Source: Candidatus Levybacteria bacterium CG2_30_37_29
Lineage (GTDB): Bacteria > Patescibacteriota > Microgenomatia > Levybacterales > GWA1-39-11
Length of the DNA: 53,072 nt
Assembly (NCBI GenBank): GCA_001873215.1
Contig: MNYS01000006.1
Coordinates: 1,767 to 54,838, forward strand
Direction of reading: 5' to 3'
Position numbers and translations under genes: made by a program. The notes below the pieces were generated by a model. The model was not told the DNA's origin and made no database searches. It was given only the letters and a program-made list of their open reading frames with translations. Below, one piece after another: positions 1-7,396 of the stretch. Positions within the stretch are counted from its first letter, which is position 1, and each line of letters begins with the position of its first letter.

Positions 1-1814
1 GCGCCATCGTTTATAATCGGTTTTTGTAAGTCAATTTTCCCCAAATCGTCCGGGATTAATTGTATATTTCCATTTGAGCTTGCGTTGGTCGCAAGAACAA
101 GCGGTTGACCCATGAGCTTGAACTGTCCGCCGCTTGCTTGAAAAGTAGGGGAGGCGCTATTTGCGATTGTCAAATTTCCGGAAGAGTCAAGCGCAAGAAC
201 AACATTTGTCGACGCAGCACCGACTTGAGTTATTGGCGGAAGTCCTTGGAGGACTTCCGCATTTGTTGCATAAGCAACAGTTGCAAGTTGTTGGCGCGGA
301 GTTAGCTCGGAATCATTTCCAATACTTATTCCCAGAAAAAGCTGCGCGTTATCGCGGAAAAGAGATTGCGGTATTCCACAGGCATCTGTTGCAGGGCTGG
401 CGGGCGGGCTGCCGCCATTACAAAGCGCTGCATTGCCGCCGGTTGCAGGATCTGAAGCAAGAAGAATAGAAAAAATTCCGTCTTGATCAGGATCAATACC
501 TCTTACTTCTTCCCATAGTCGCGAAGCTCCTGATGCGGTAATATCGTCATAAAGAATAAAGCGCACCTGTTCGTGGGATGTTATCGGGTTGTCGCTTGCA
601 TCAGTCAGTCTTCCTTGAAAAGAGTAGACTTTTAGCGGCTGGGCAGGCGCAGCAAAAAGCTGGCTTTTTTTGCCGGGCTCTTCAATAAGGTTTTGGTATA
701 GGATATAGCCGATACTGACAGAAAAGATTATTAGAATAGAGACATGAAGATAGTGCGCGAATGCATTACTATGATACCTTTTGTACCATTGCGGTCTTGT
801 GTGTTGAACATGGTGCCAAATTTTTTTGTGAAGCGGAAGATTTGTAAGCGATATAAGGTGTGGGGCATAAAATTCCTTTTTTATATTTTTTACTATAACT
901 TCCTGTGTATTTGTTGAAAACCCTTTTTTCAAAAAATCGAAAAGTGTTTTATTTGGGATATTTATTTTTAAAAATTTAAACCCCCTTATATTTTCTACAA
1001 TCTTTTGGGCTATAAAATCTTCGGCCATAGAATAAGCTCTTTCTGCGAATAGAATGAGCCTAACAGGCGCAAGTTTTGAATAAAAAGAAATTTTCTTTAC
1101 TTCATCTTTGTGGCTTAAATCTTCCAAGGCTATTGAAGCATTTTCCGGTTCTTGCGCAAGAATAATATTTGCGACAGGATCGCCAAGAAGACTGGAGTCT
1201 TTATCCAAAAATTCAGCGTACTTACGTATGGATGAAAGTTTTCGATTTATGCTGCGGGGAGCAAGATGAAGAATGTTCAAAAGTCTATCTTTATAAACCT
1301 CAAGAATTGCCTGCGTTATGTTTAGGCCATTTTCCTCTCCGATTGTTTTTTCATACCAAACCTTAAAAGCTTGTATATCTACGATATAGTTTTTTATACT
1401 AACGCCGGTAAAATTAGAAACATACAGACTGTCTTTGAATTCCCGTAAGCGCCAAGCATCTTTTTCTTTTTGAACTACAGGTGAAGTAGCGAAGGGATTG
1501 TTATCTGTAAGTCCCTCGTCTTTTAAGAATGTGAAAAATTTCCTAAGACTTGAAATAAGCCTGTCAATGGAAGGCTGTGACAGATGTTCTAGTTTTTTTT
1601 CTTGAGTGATGTGGGCTAGAAAAGTTGACAATACATTTTGAGAAAGTGCATGTGAATTAACCGGTGTTTGATAAGTAATCTCAAACCACTCAAAAAACTT
1701 TCGTATGTCGGAAAGATAATTCTTTACTGTTACTTTTGCGAGCGGTCTTTCCTGCCTGCCGGCAGGCAGGTTTTGGGAGAGAAGATTTTCTTTAAAAAGT
1801 TCGAGCAGTTCCAT
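1..1814 (-). CDS. Partial membrane-anchored surface protein (C-terminus lies beyond the window edge). It has two tandem tyrosine-recombinase SAM-like/core-binding-type repeats, one TM helix, then an extracellular fibre-type domain.
   Basis: Hand translation of the minus strand from ATG 1814-1812 (MELLELFKENLLSQNLPAGRQERPLAKVTVKNYLSDIRKFFEWF...) stays open to nt 1. It is absent from the ORF track because there is no stop in the window. Repeat 1 (KVTVKNYLSDIRKFFEWF...SIDRLISSLRKFFTFLKDEG) and repeat 2 (GVSIKNYIVDIQAFKVWY...SINRKLSSIRKYAEFL) fit the integrase N-terminal domain pattern. The TM is AHYLHVSILIIFSVSIGYILY. The ectodomain (FQGRLTD...LWEEV...GIFSILL...ELTPRQQLATVAYATNAE) parallels the N-terminus of the 39877 protein. 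Confidence 0.6.
   Translation of the reverse strand, partial: MELLELFKENLLSQNLPAGRQERPLAKVTVKNYLSDIRKFFEWFEITYQTPVNSHALSQNVLSTFLAHITQEKKLEHLSQPSIDRLISSLRKFFTFLKDEGLTDNNPFATSPVVQKEKDAWRLREFKDSLYVSNFTGVSIKNYIVDIQAFKVWYEKTIGEENGLNITQAILEVYKDRLLNILHLAPRSINRKLSSIRKYAEFLDKDSSLLGDPVANIILAQEPENASIALEDLSHKDEVKKISFYSKLAPVRLILFAERAYSMAEDFIAQKIVENIRGFKFLKINIPNKTLFDFLKKGFSTNTQEVIVKNIKKEFYAPHLISLTNLPLHKKIWHHVQHTRPQWYKRYHSNAFAHYLHVSILIIFSVSIGYILYQNLIEEPGKKSQLFAAPAQPLKVYSFQGRLTDASDNPITSHEQVRFILYDDITASGASRLWEEVRGIDPDQDGIFSILLASDPATGGNAALCNGGSPPASPATDACGIPQSLFRDNAQLFLGISIGNDSELTPRQQLATVAYATNAEVLQGLPPITQVGAASTNVVLALDSSGNLTIANSASPTFQASGGQFKLMGQPLVLATNASSNGNIQLIPDDLGKIDLQKPIINDG
1751..1770. repeat. GC palindrome CCTGCCTGCCGGCAGGCAGG ('PAGRQ element'), in frame within the CDS
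   Basis: Perfect palindrome read directly from the sequence. It translates as NLPAGRQERP in the 1..1814 CDS. Confidence 0.9.
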
Positions 1815-2464
1815 ATAGAAATTAGGTGATAGGTGTTAGGGTATAGGTTTTAGAACTTTTCACAACTGAATACTGTTTACCAAATACCAAATACTCGTTT
1901 ATTTCCGCAGGAATAAATTTTAGCCTCGAGATTATACAGATTATACGGATTATATAGTTCATATAAATAGCTAATAATATATAATGACATTTGTCAATAA
2001 CCTAGAGTAATTTATTCAAAGCAAAATGATATATTTTGATAGTCTGTTCTAAAAAAAATCGTCTTGTGAAATTTAGGCACAAAATAGCACGTTACTCTTT
2101 TCACATCAGAGGAATTTTAGAAAAAATTAGTTAAATTTTAAGAACATAATGTATCCTTTTATGTCAAATCTTGTATTTTCACAGATGATACACTTATTAC
2201 CACTTCTTAATATTTGTATACGGTAATAATTTTCATAAACCTTTTTGTTAAGAGTTTTTTCTCCTAGAACTACTTAGAGTTCGCAGTTTGTTAAAAACTA
2301 TTGACGTTTTTAAAAGGTCTAGCCCTTATGGTTTAGCAGAGGAAGTTACCGTGTGATTAAAAACAATCAATTATTTTTGGATTATATTTGTAAGCGATTT
2401 TAAAACTTGCGCAAAAATAAAGGTATAATTCTTGTAGATAAAGCAGGAAATTTTGGCAAAGGAG

Positions 2465-3469
2465 TTATTTACTATTAGCTAGTTGTAATTTTGTAATCTT
2501 TCTTCGAACACTAATGTATATGCCCAAAATAACTGCAAATATGACGCTTATACCAATAACCCAAATAAGAGGAAAGGCAAAAAAGACTATGCTTTTTTTA
2601 ATCGGACGTGTGTTGTCTGAAAGATTGACTTGCAAGGTTGCGGTGTACATGCCAAATAAAGCTTTTTCTGACCATATTACGCTTGGAATTTTGGCATCTT
2701 GATGAAATTTTATAACTTCCTCGCTTTGTTTTCCCTCGCTTCTGTCAATAAGATACCGTTGTGTTTGTGAGAGTATATATTGTGGTAATGTTTCAATCTT
2801 TCCAACGGTTTGACCAAAAATATTCTTTATTATAATCGTCGCATTTGGGAGTATAAAATGATCACTCGTATTGTAGATAAGAGCTTTGAAATATACAGGT
2901 CCATGTTCTACGAATAATGGTGCCCAAAATTCAGATATGCTTCCGGTTGCCGGCCCCTTTTGTCCTACGGAAAGAAGAACATTTGTTGCTATGCCTGCCG
3001 GAATTGTCGTTGAAGTCTGGGAAGCTTGATTCAGGCTTTCCGTTATAAACACAACTGAAAAGTAATAGTCCCCAATAGGAGAATCTTTTTGGAGATCTAT
3101 TTGCATATTGATTGTTTTTTGTTCAAGCGCATCCAGATGTATTTTTTGAACTTCTTCCCCGTTGACAAAAAAATGAACTTTTTGCCTTATTAGAGGATCC
3201 GGACCATAAAAGTCATCATTTATGAGATATTCAATAGTTCCGTTTAGCTCCTGTGATTGCCGAAAAGGATGAAGCTTGATATCAAAATCACGCGCTATTT
3301 CAGAGTAGTTTTGCAAAAAGATTTTAGCTTCAACTTTTGAAGGTGGAGTAGTTGCGATTTCAAATATAGGAGGGTTAATTCCTATATCAATCTCATCAGC
3401 CGCCATCGCAGCCGGGACAAATTTTGAAAAAAGAAAAAAAGCAAACAAAAGAATAAATACCTTACGCAT
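2465..3469 (-). CDS. Secreted two-beta-sandwich protein with C-terminal TM anchor and basic tail. The architecture resembles DUF916/DUF3324-type cell-surface proteins.
   Basis: ORF track 2465..3487; the likely start is the internal ATG (MRKVFILLFAFFLFSKFVPAAMA signal peptide). The C-terminal TM is LIWVIGISVIFAVILGIYI followed by SVRRKITK. It is paralogous to 16617, 33880 and 34802 (shared NIFGQ..., G.YTA.L motifs). Confidence 0.6.
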   Translation of the reverse strand: MRKVFILLFAFFLFSKFVPAAMAADEIDIGINPPIFEIATTPPSKVEAKIFLQNYSEIARDFDIKLHPFRQSQELNGTIEYLINDDFYGPDPLIRQKVHFFVNGEEVQKIHLDALEQKTINMQIDLQKDSPIGDYYFSVVFITESLNQASQTSTTIPAGIATNVLLSVGQKGPATGSISEFWAPLFVEHGPVYFKALIYNTSDHFILPNATIIIKNIFGQTVGKIETLPQYILSQTQRYLIDRSEGKQSEEVIKFHQDAKIPSVIWSEKALFGMYTATLQVNLSDNTRPIKKSIVFFAFPLIWVIGISVIFAVILGIYISVRRKITKLQLANSK

Positions 3470-3914
3470 ATAACAAGTGTAGTACAATTATAAAAGAAAT
3501 GAAAGTCTCAGGATATTGTTCGGATTAGTTTTAGGTGAAACTTTGAAGTTTAGAAAAAATGAGGCTGGTGCGGTAAATAAGTAGCCAATTATAAAGAAAA
3601 ATATACGAATTTAAAGGCAGCTTTTAGGTCGTGTAAATAATGCTTTATTAGATCGTGTCTGCGTATCAAAGTACATCAGAAAAATTTGAGTATCTTAATC
3701 AATATATTTATCAAAAGAGAATAAAAAGTGATAAAAAATTAACCGTTACTGTTTGGGCCGATAAATCAAGAAAAAAAATACCCCGCTCTATTTTTGTATT
3801 AGTTCTTTTTCACGCAATTATTTTACACGAAGAGAAGTAAGCTTTTTGCGAAAAAGAATTACCGGCTAAGAAAATTTTTGGATTTAGAAAAAAAGTTTTT
3901 ATCGCTTAAAATTG

Positions 3915-4643
3915 TTAAAAAGCAGGCGTGGCGATATACATTATTACATTTTGATATTGTCCTGCAGGTTGGGTTTGTGAGACATTTAACTTATACGTAA
4001 TTTGAGTCTGTTTCGAGCCTATGTTAGAGCCAAGCATAACAGGTTGGGGAACTTGATTTTTTGAAAGATCTGAAAATTGTTTGTAATAAGTTGAGTCTGA
4101 AAATCCAACCGCGCAGTCTGTTGCCAATAAATTGTCACAACGATAGCCAAAGCCATATGTAAGAGGACTTGTCCAAGCGCTAGATGTTACATCATTGCAT
4201 GTTCCGGAATCGCAAGTCGTGTTCTGAATGTCAACACCGCTAGTCAAAACGCGAAGAGGGTTGTTTTCAGATGCGGTTACTTGGTATCCATAGGCTGATT
4301 GGTTGGTAATAGAAAGTGTATTTGTTCTGCTTATCGGCTCGCCCGGATTAACTGTACCAAAATTTATAACCGTTGAGGAGATAGAAAAGCGAAAACCTTC
4401 CGGGCGTAGATACTGAAATCCGGCTCGAACTTTATAGTTGGTTCCCGAATAAAGTCCAATTCCCAATTCACCGCTTGTGAAACCAAGTTTGAATGTGGAA
4501 TTTGTAGGTTTTCCTGATGCTTGGTTAAAATTTCCTCCGCGAAGAATAAAATTTGAACTGCTCATCGTAATAGCTGTCACAACGGCAGTAAAAATCAGAA
4601 AGAGAAAAATGATGCTAAGAGTTATAGATATATATCTTTGCAT
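3915..4643 (-). CDS. Secreted beta-rich pilin-like/WxL-like surface protein ending ...YQNVIMYIATPAF
   Basis: Signal peptide ITLSIIFLFLIFTAVVTAITM. It carries SSNF/TNY repeat motifs (SSSNFILRGGNF..., SGTNYKVRAGFQY) and a C-terminal strand motif shared with 17593, 35973 and 37127. Confidence 0.55.
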   Translation of the reverse strand: MQRYISITLSIIFLFLIFTAVVTAITMSSSNFILRGGNFNQASGKPTNSTFKLGFTSGELGIGLYSGTNYKVRAGFQYLRPEGFRFSISSTVINFGTVNPGEPISRTNTLSITNQSAYGYQVTASENNPLRVLTSGVDIQNTTCDSGTCNDVTSSAWTSPLTYGFGYRCDNLLATDCAVGFSDSTYYKQFSDLSKNQVPQPVMLGSNIGSKQTQITYKLNVSQTQPAGQYQNVIMYIATPAF

Positions 4644-4671
4644 AATGTTGTAAGTTTATAATGTTTAGATA

Positions 4672-5310
4672 TCATTTTTCCGTCTCATCCCGAAGTTTTT
4701 GGGTTTTTTCAAGGATATCAGAAAGCTCTTCTACCTCTTCATCGTCATTTTCCACGTGGTCTGAATGTAAAAGCGAGTCAACATCCTCAATTATTTCTCC
4801 AGTTTTGTCTTCTACCTCTTTTTCAAGCTTTTCGCGTCTTTTAAATTCCCTGCCAAAGAAAAAAGCTATTGGGGAAAGAAATCCGAGAGACCCAATCTTT
4901 ATAAGATTTGATAGAACGTCATCTTTTAATGCCGGTTGAATAAATACGGCGGCAAATCCAAGCAAAAATACAAAAACAGTCACCGGTTCAAATAGAAATG
5001 CTATTCCAAAAAGAAGAAAATATAGTAAGAAGAAAAGGTTTGATTGTATTCCGCCCGTCAAAAAGACAGTCAGGACAATACCAGCAGTAATGACAAAAAC
5101 CTCACGAAGGGATCCGATAAATAATTCATCTCCCTGCCTGCCTGCCGGCAGGCCTTTGTTTCTGCGGCGTTGAATAACAACAAAAATAATGGAAAAAATT
5201 ATAAGAAGGGCAAGGATTTGGGTTATGAAGTCTGAAAGAGGAGTGTTAAGCGTGATAAAAACGAAAATCGTTGCGAGAATCAGAGTGGTGGATTGTTTTA
5301 AGGTTTTCAT
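4672..5310 (-). CDS. Polytopic membrane protein with acidic C-terminal tail, function unknown; carries an in-frame PAGRQ palindrome
   Basis: Long ORF with about 5 hydrophobic segments and an acidic coiled tail (EKEVEDKTGEIIEDVD...). The sequence NKGLPAGRQGDE is encoded by the palindrome. Confidence 0.6.
   Translation of the reverse strand: MKTLKQSTTLILATIFVFITLNTPLSDFITQILALLIIFSIIFVVIQRRRNKGLPAGRQGDELFIGSLREVFVITAGIVLTVFLTGGIQSNLFFLLYFLLFGIAFLFEPVTVFVFLLGFAAVFIQPALKDDVLSNLIKIGSLGFLSPIAFFFGREFKRREKLEKEVEDKTGEIIEDVDSLLHSDHVENDDEEVEELSDILEKTQKLRDETEK
5133..5154. repeat. PAGRQ-element copy (asymmetric variant CCTGCCTGCCTGCCGGCAGGCC), in frame within the CDS
   Basis: Read directly from the sequence. 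It encodes LPAGRQ in 4672..5310. Confidence 0.85.
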
Positions 5311-5385
5311 TTAGAAAAGTTCCTTTCACAATAATCATACCATAGAATAATTCAGTTTTGCTCTGTGATAGAGTTTATTTTTTTT

Positions 5386-5673
5386 GCGTCTTTTCAAAAA
5401 GACGCCCAAAACTTCTTGAGAGTATTCTTCCTTGTTCTTTCTGCCGAGAAAGAACCAAAGACTCTTGTCGTGTCGCGCTCACGCATTACGCCTTTCCCTC
5501 ACTCACTGAAAGAGCCGGACAAGCCTTTCCTCTTTCCTGGCGCTCGCTCGGTCAAGGCTCCAAGCGTTGTGCGTGAAACGACAAATACGTTAGATTGCAA
5601 GGGGAGAGCAGATTAAGAAAACGGCGATTAAAAGAAATTGAGAATTGGAGCAATGATAATTGATTGAAAATTT
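5386..5673 (+). repeat. Hairpin-rich intergenic repeat family, copy A
   Basis: Starts with the hairpin GCGTCTTTTCAAAAAGACGC followed by CCAAAACTTCTTGAGAGT. The second hairpin is GTTCTTTCT-GCCG-AGAAAGAAC followed by CCAAAGACT. It also has the TCACTCACT block and the tail GATAATTGATTGAAAATT shared with copy C. Confidence 0.75.
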
Positions 5674-5872
5674 AAAATTTAAAATTGAAAATTCCTCGAA
5701 GAGGTGTGTGGTGGTCCGGAAGGAAAGTTTACGCTGGTTGCGTAAAAACATTCCCTCCGGAACCGATTTCTCCGATTTAATCGGGGTTTCCCCGCGTCGG
5801 CGGCGAGAGTAGACCGTGCTGTCGGTCTGGTTCGCGTTTGACGCGTGACTGTTTCGTAGGTCATTCTACAGA

Positions 5873-6400
5873 TCAATGTGGCTTCATGGATTTCGATCCG
5901 GGTCCGGATCCTGTCTCGATGATGAATCCAAGAAGAGGGTCCCCAGAGTCTTCCACGATCATCTGCTCCACGAGATTGTGGACCATCGTTTTTGACCGCC
6001 TCATAGCAGTCTCCGATCCCTGAACGTATGTTTCGTGGATGAGCCTGATAACTCGTTCGTGACGCCGTGTTTCCTCGCTTACAGCGAGCCGGCGCCTTCC
6101 CCAGGCGGCTGTCTGGTGCCAAAACGTTGAGAGCCGTCTCTGCTCGTTGGAAATGTCCACCTTGAGGCGGGTTTCGATCTCGGCCAGGTTGTGTTCGTGC
6201 GCCGCGTTTTCGCTCTCGATGAACGGTTTCGCGGCGTTTTGCGCCTGAACGAAATGGTTGTGTCTTGATTGAGCTACATGGAGAAGTTCCAGGAGCTCGT
6301 TTTCGGTTGGCAAGTTTTTACCTTTCTGCGCGTTGCGCAAGCTAGTCCGCCGATTTGGCGGAGGTCGTGAACTTATGGTCGTCTTGTCTTGTTTGGCCAT
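5873..6400 (-). CDS. Island-1 hypothetical protein, basic N-terminus plus predicted helical/coiled region
   Basis: 175-aa ORF that overlaps the upstream ORF end by 28 nt (operon-like). I recognise no family. The Arg-rich overlapping frame 5679..6122 is judged spurious. Confidence 0.5.
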   Translation of the reverse strand: MAKQDKTTISSRPPPNRRTSLRNAQKGKNLPTENELLELLHVAQSRHNHFVQAQNAAKPFIESENAAHEHNLAEIETRLKVDISNEQRRLSTFWHQTAAWGRRRLAVSEETRRHERVIRLIHETYVQGSETAMRRSKTMVHNLVEQMIVEDSGDPLLGFIIETGSGPGSKSMKPH

Positions 6401-6987
6401 TTGTCTTGAACCAGGTGCCAGACGAAGCTCTTGTCCAGAGCGTCAACGGCTAGGGTTATGACATAAGCCAAGAGGAGTGCGAACGCAAACCATGCGAGAC
6501 CTCGTTCATAACCGTCTATCAGACCGAACTTAATCGCTTTCAGTCCTCCGTCAAAGAGCAGAGTGCTGGCCACGAAAAAAAACGGAACGTGAACAATCCT
6601 GTTCATGTTGACGAGATTATTGCCCCAAGTGGGGTTATCAGCCACGAAAACGAACATGAATGTGAGTACTTCTCCGAGCGCGAGCGCAACGAAAGAGAAA
6701 CTCGTGTCTGTCCATAAAGAGGAAGGAACTTCCGCTTTCTGGAGCCAAAGTGCGAGGACGCCTGCGAGCAGAGCAATAAAAATATCACCCACCCAGCAAG
6801 ATGTCCACCGCGTGATCGCCAATCCATAGGGAGGGCGATATGCCTCTGTGTGGTACCGGATGTTTTCGGCTATCCACACAAGGAATGGTGACCAAGTCAA
6901 GAGGATAAGGGTAACCGCCAAGGGCGGAAGACCCCAGAACCACCTGAATAGATCATGTTCGACAGGGCTCAAAATTGCACCTCCCAA
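6373..6987 (-). CDS. Island-1 polytopic membrane protein, unknown family
   Basis: About 6 hydrophobic helices (LAVTLILLTWSPFLVWIA, IFIALLAGVLALWL, FSFVALALGEVLTFMFVFV, VHVPFFFVASTLLF, WFAFALLLAYVITLAV). GGGAGGTG lies just upstream of an in-frame TTG, so the true start may be the second TTG (about 6972). Confidence 0.6.
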   Translation of the reverse strand: MGGAILSPVEHDLFRWFWGLPPLAVTLILLTWSPFLVWIAENIRYHTEAYRPPYGLAITRWTSCWVGDIFIALLAGVLALWLQKAEVPSSLWTDTSFSFVALALGEVLTFMFVFVADNPTWGNNLVNMNRIVHVPFFFVASTLLFDGGLKAIKFGLIDGYERGLAWFAFALLLAYVITLAVDALDKSFVWHLVQDKWPNKTRRP

Positions 6988-7020
6988 TAAGCGCCAACTG
7001 TAACTCCTGTTTTGATTCCT

Positions 7021-7062
7021 ATTGAATCGAAGTTGACTCCGATTGAATCGGAGTTGACCTAC
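7021..7062. promoter_or_regulatory. Two tandem 21-bp repeats containing the 17-bp perfect palindrome CTCCGATTGAATCGGAG (candidate operator or RNA hairpins) in the island-1 leader
   Basis: ATTGAATCGAAGTTGACTCCG is followed by ATTGAATCGGAGTTGACCTAC. The palindrome lies at 7037-7053, between the promoter and the membrane-protein start. Confidence 0.5.
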
Positions 7063-7205
7063 GAATTGTCAAAGTGCGAACGGTTGCTAGGTTTGTCAGG
7101 TGTTTGACGTGAATCAAACATCTGTCTTTCAACCGCGTGTTGATTGCTTTATGACAAAATATGCCCATGCAAAACGGGCCTTCTCCTGTCAAAAGCGAAT
7201 ACGGA

Positions 7206-7234
7206 ATTATACCACTTTTGGGCAAGAAAGCAAA
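7206..7234 (-). promoter_or_regulatory. Sigma70-like promoter for the island-1 operon
   Basis: The minus strand reads TTTGCT, a 17-nt spacer ending in TGG, then TATAAT (extended -10). It lies about 220 nt upstream of the ORF start. Confidence 0.5.
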
Positions 7235-7396
7235 AACTATGGGGCTACTAATTTTTAATTTACAATTTTTAATTTTTATTGAATTTTCAAGTTAAAATTA
7301 TTTAAACATTATTAATATTTGATTTCAGATTTAAAATTTAAAATTTGTAATTCTTAAGGCTTTAGGTTTGTAGTTGATTTTGCTATACTACATTTA

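Larger units (their letters stand above)
5690..7240 (-). other. GC-rich compositional island 1: own promoter, structured leader, 2 ORFs and a hairpin-rich 3' region
   Basis: Composition jumps abruptly from AT-rich word repeats (..AAAATTGAAAATT | CCTCGAAGAGG.. and ..GGGGCTACT | AATTTTTAATTT..) to sequence that is more than half GC. An 11-bp inverted repeat TTCGTAGGTCA (about 5853-5863) / TGACCTACGAA (7055-7065) brackets the two ORFs. Confidence 0.7.

Noticed and set aside
5708-5750. GGTCCGGAAGGAA, resembling the SRP (4.5S) RNA domain IV tetraloop region
   Set aside because: The flanking bases do not form the conserved symmetric or asymmetric loops (there is no AGCA / GGCAG partner). The segment is better explained as one arm of a long hairpin on the opposite strand, in the 3' region of island 1.
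5679-6122. Arg-rich overlapping ORFs in the GC-rich islands (5679..6122, 31518..31910, 31940..32173, 31977..32228, 32229..32426)
   Set aside because: These are typical alternative-frame artefacts of GC-rich DNA. They have no RBS, an Arg/Pro/Gly-biased composition, and overlap better-supported Shine-Dalgarno-led ORFs.
5690-7240. GC-rich islands as simple metagenome mis-assembly or contamination
   Set aside because: Each island is short and has same-genome-type sequence (the same repeat families) on both sides. Host-type AT word repeats occur inside the island-2 leader. A chimera cannot be excluded without read mapping, so that is listed as the refutation test.
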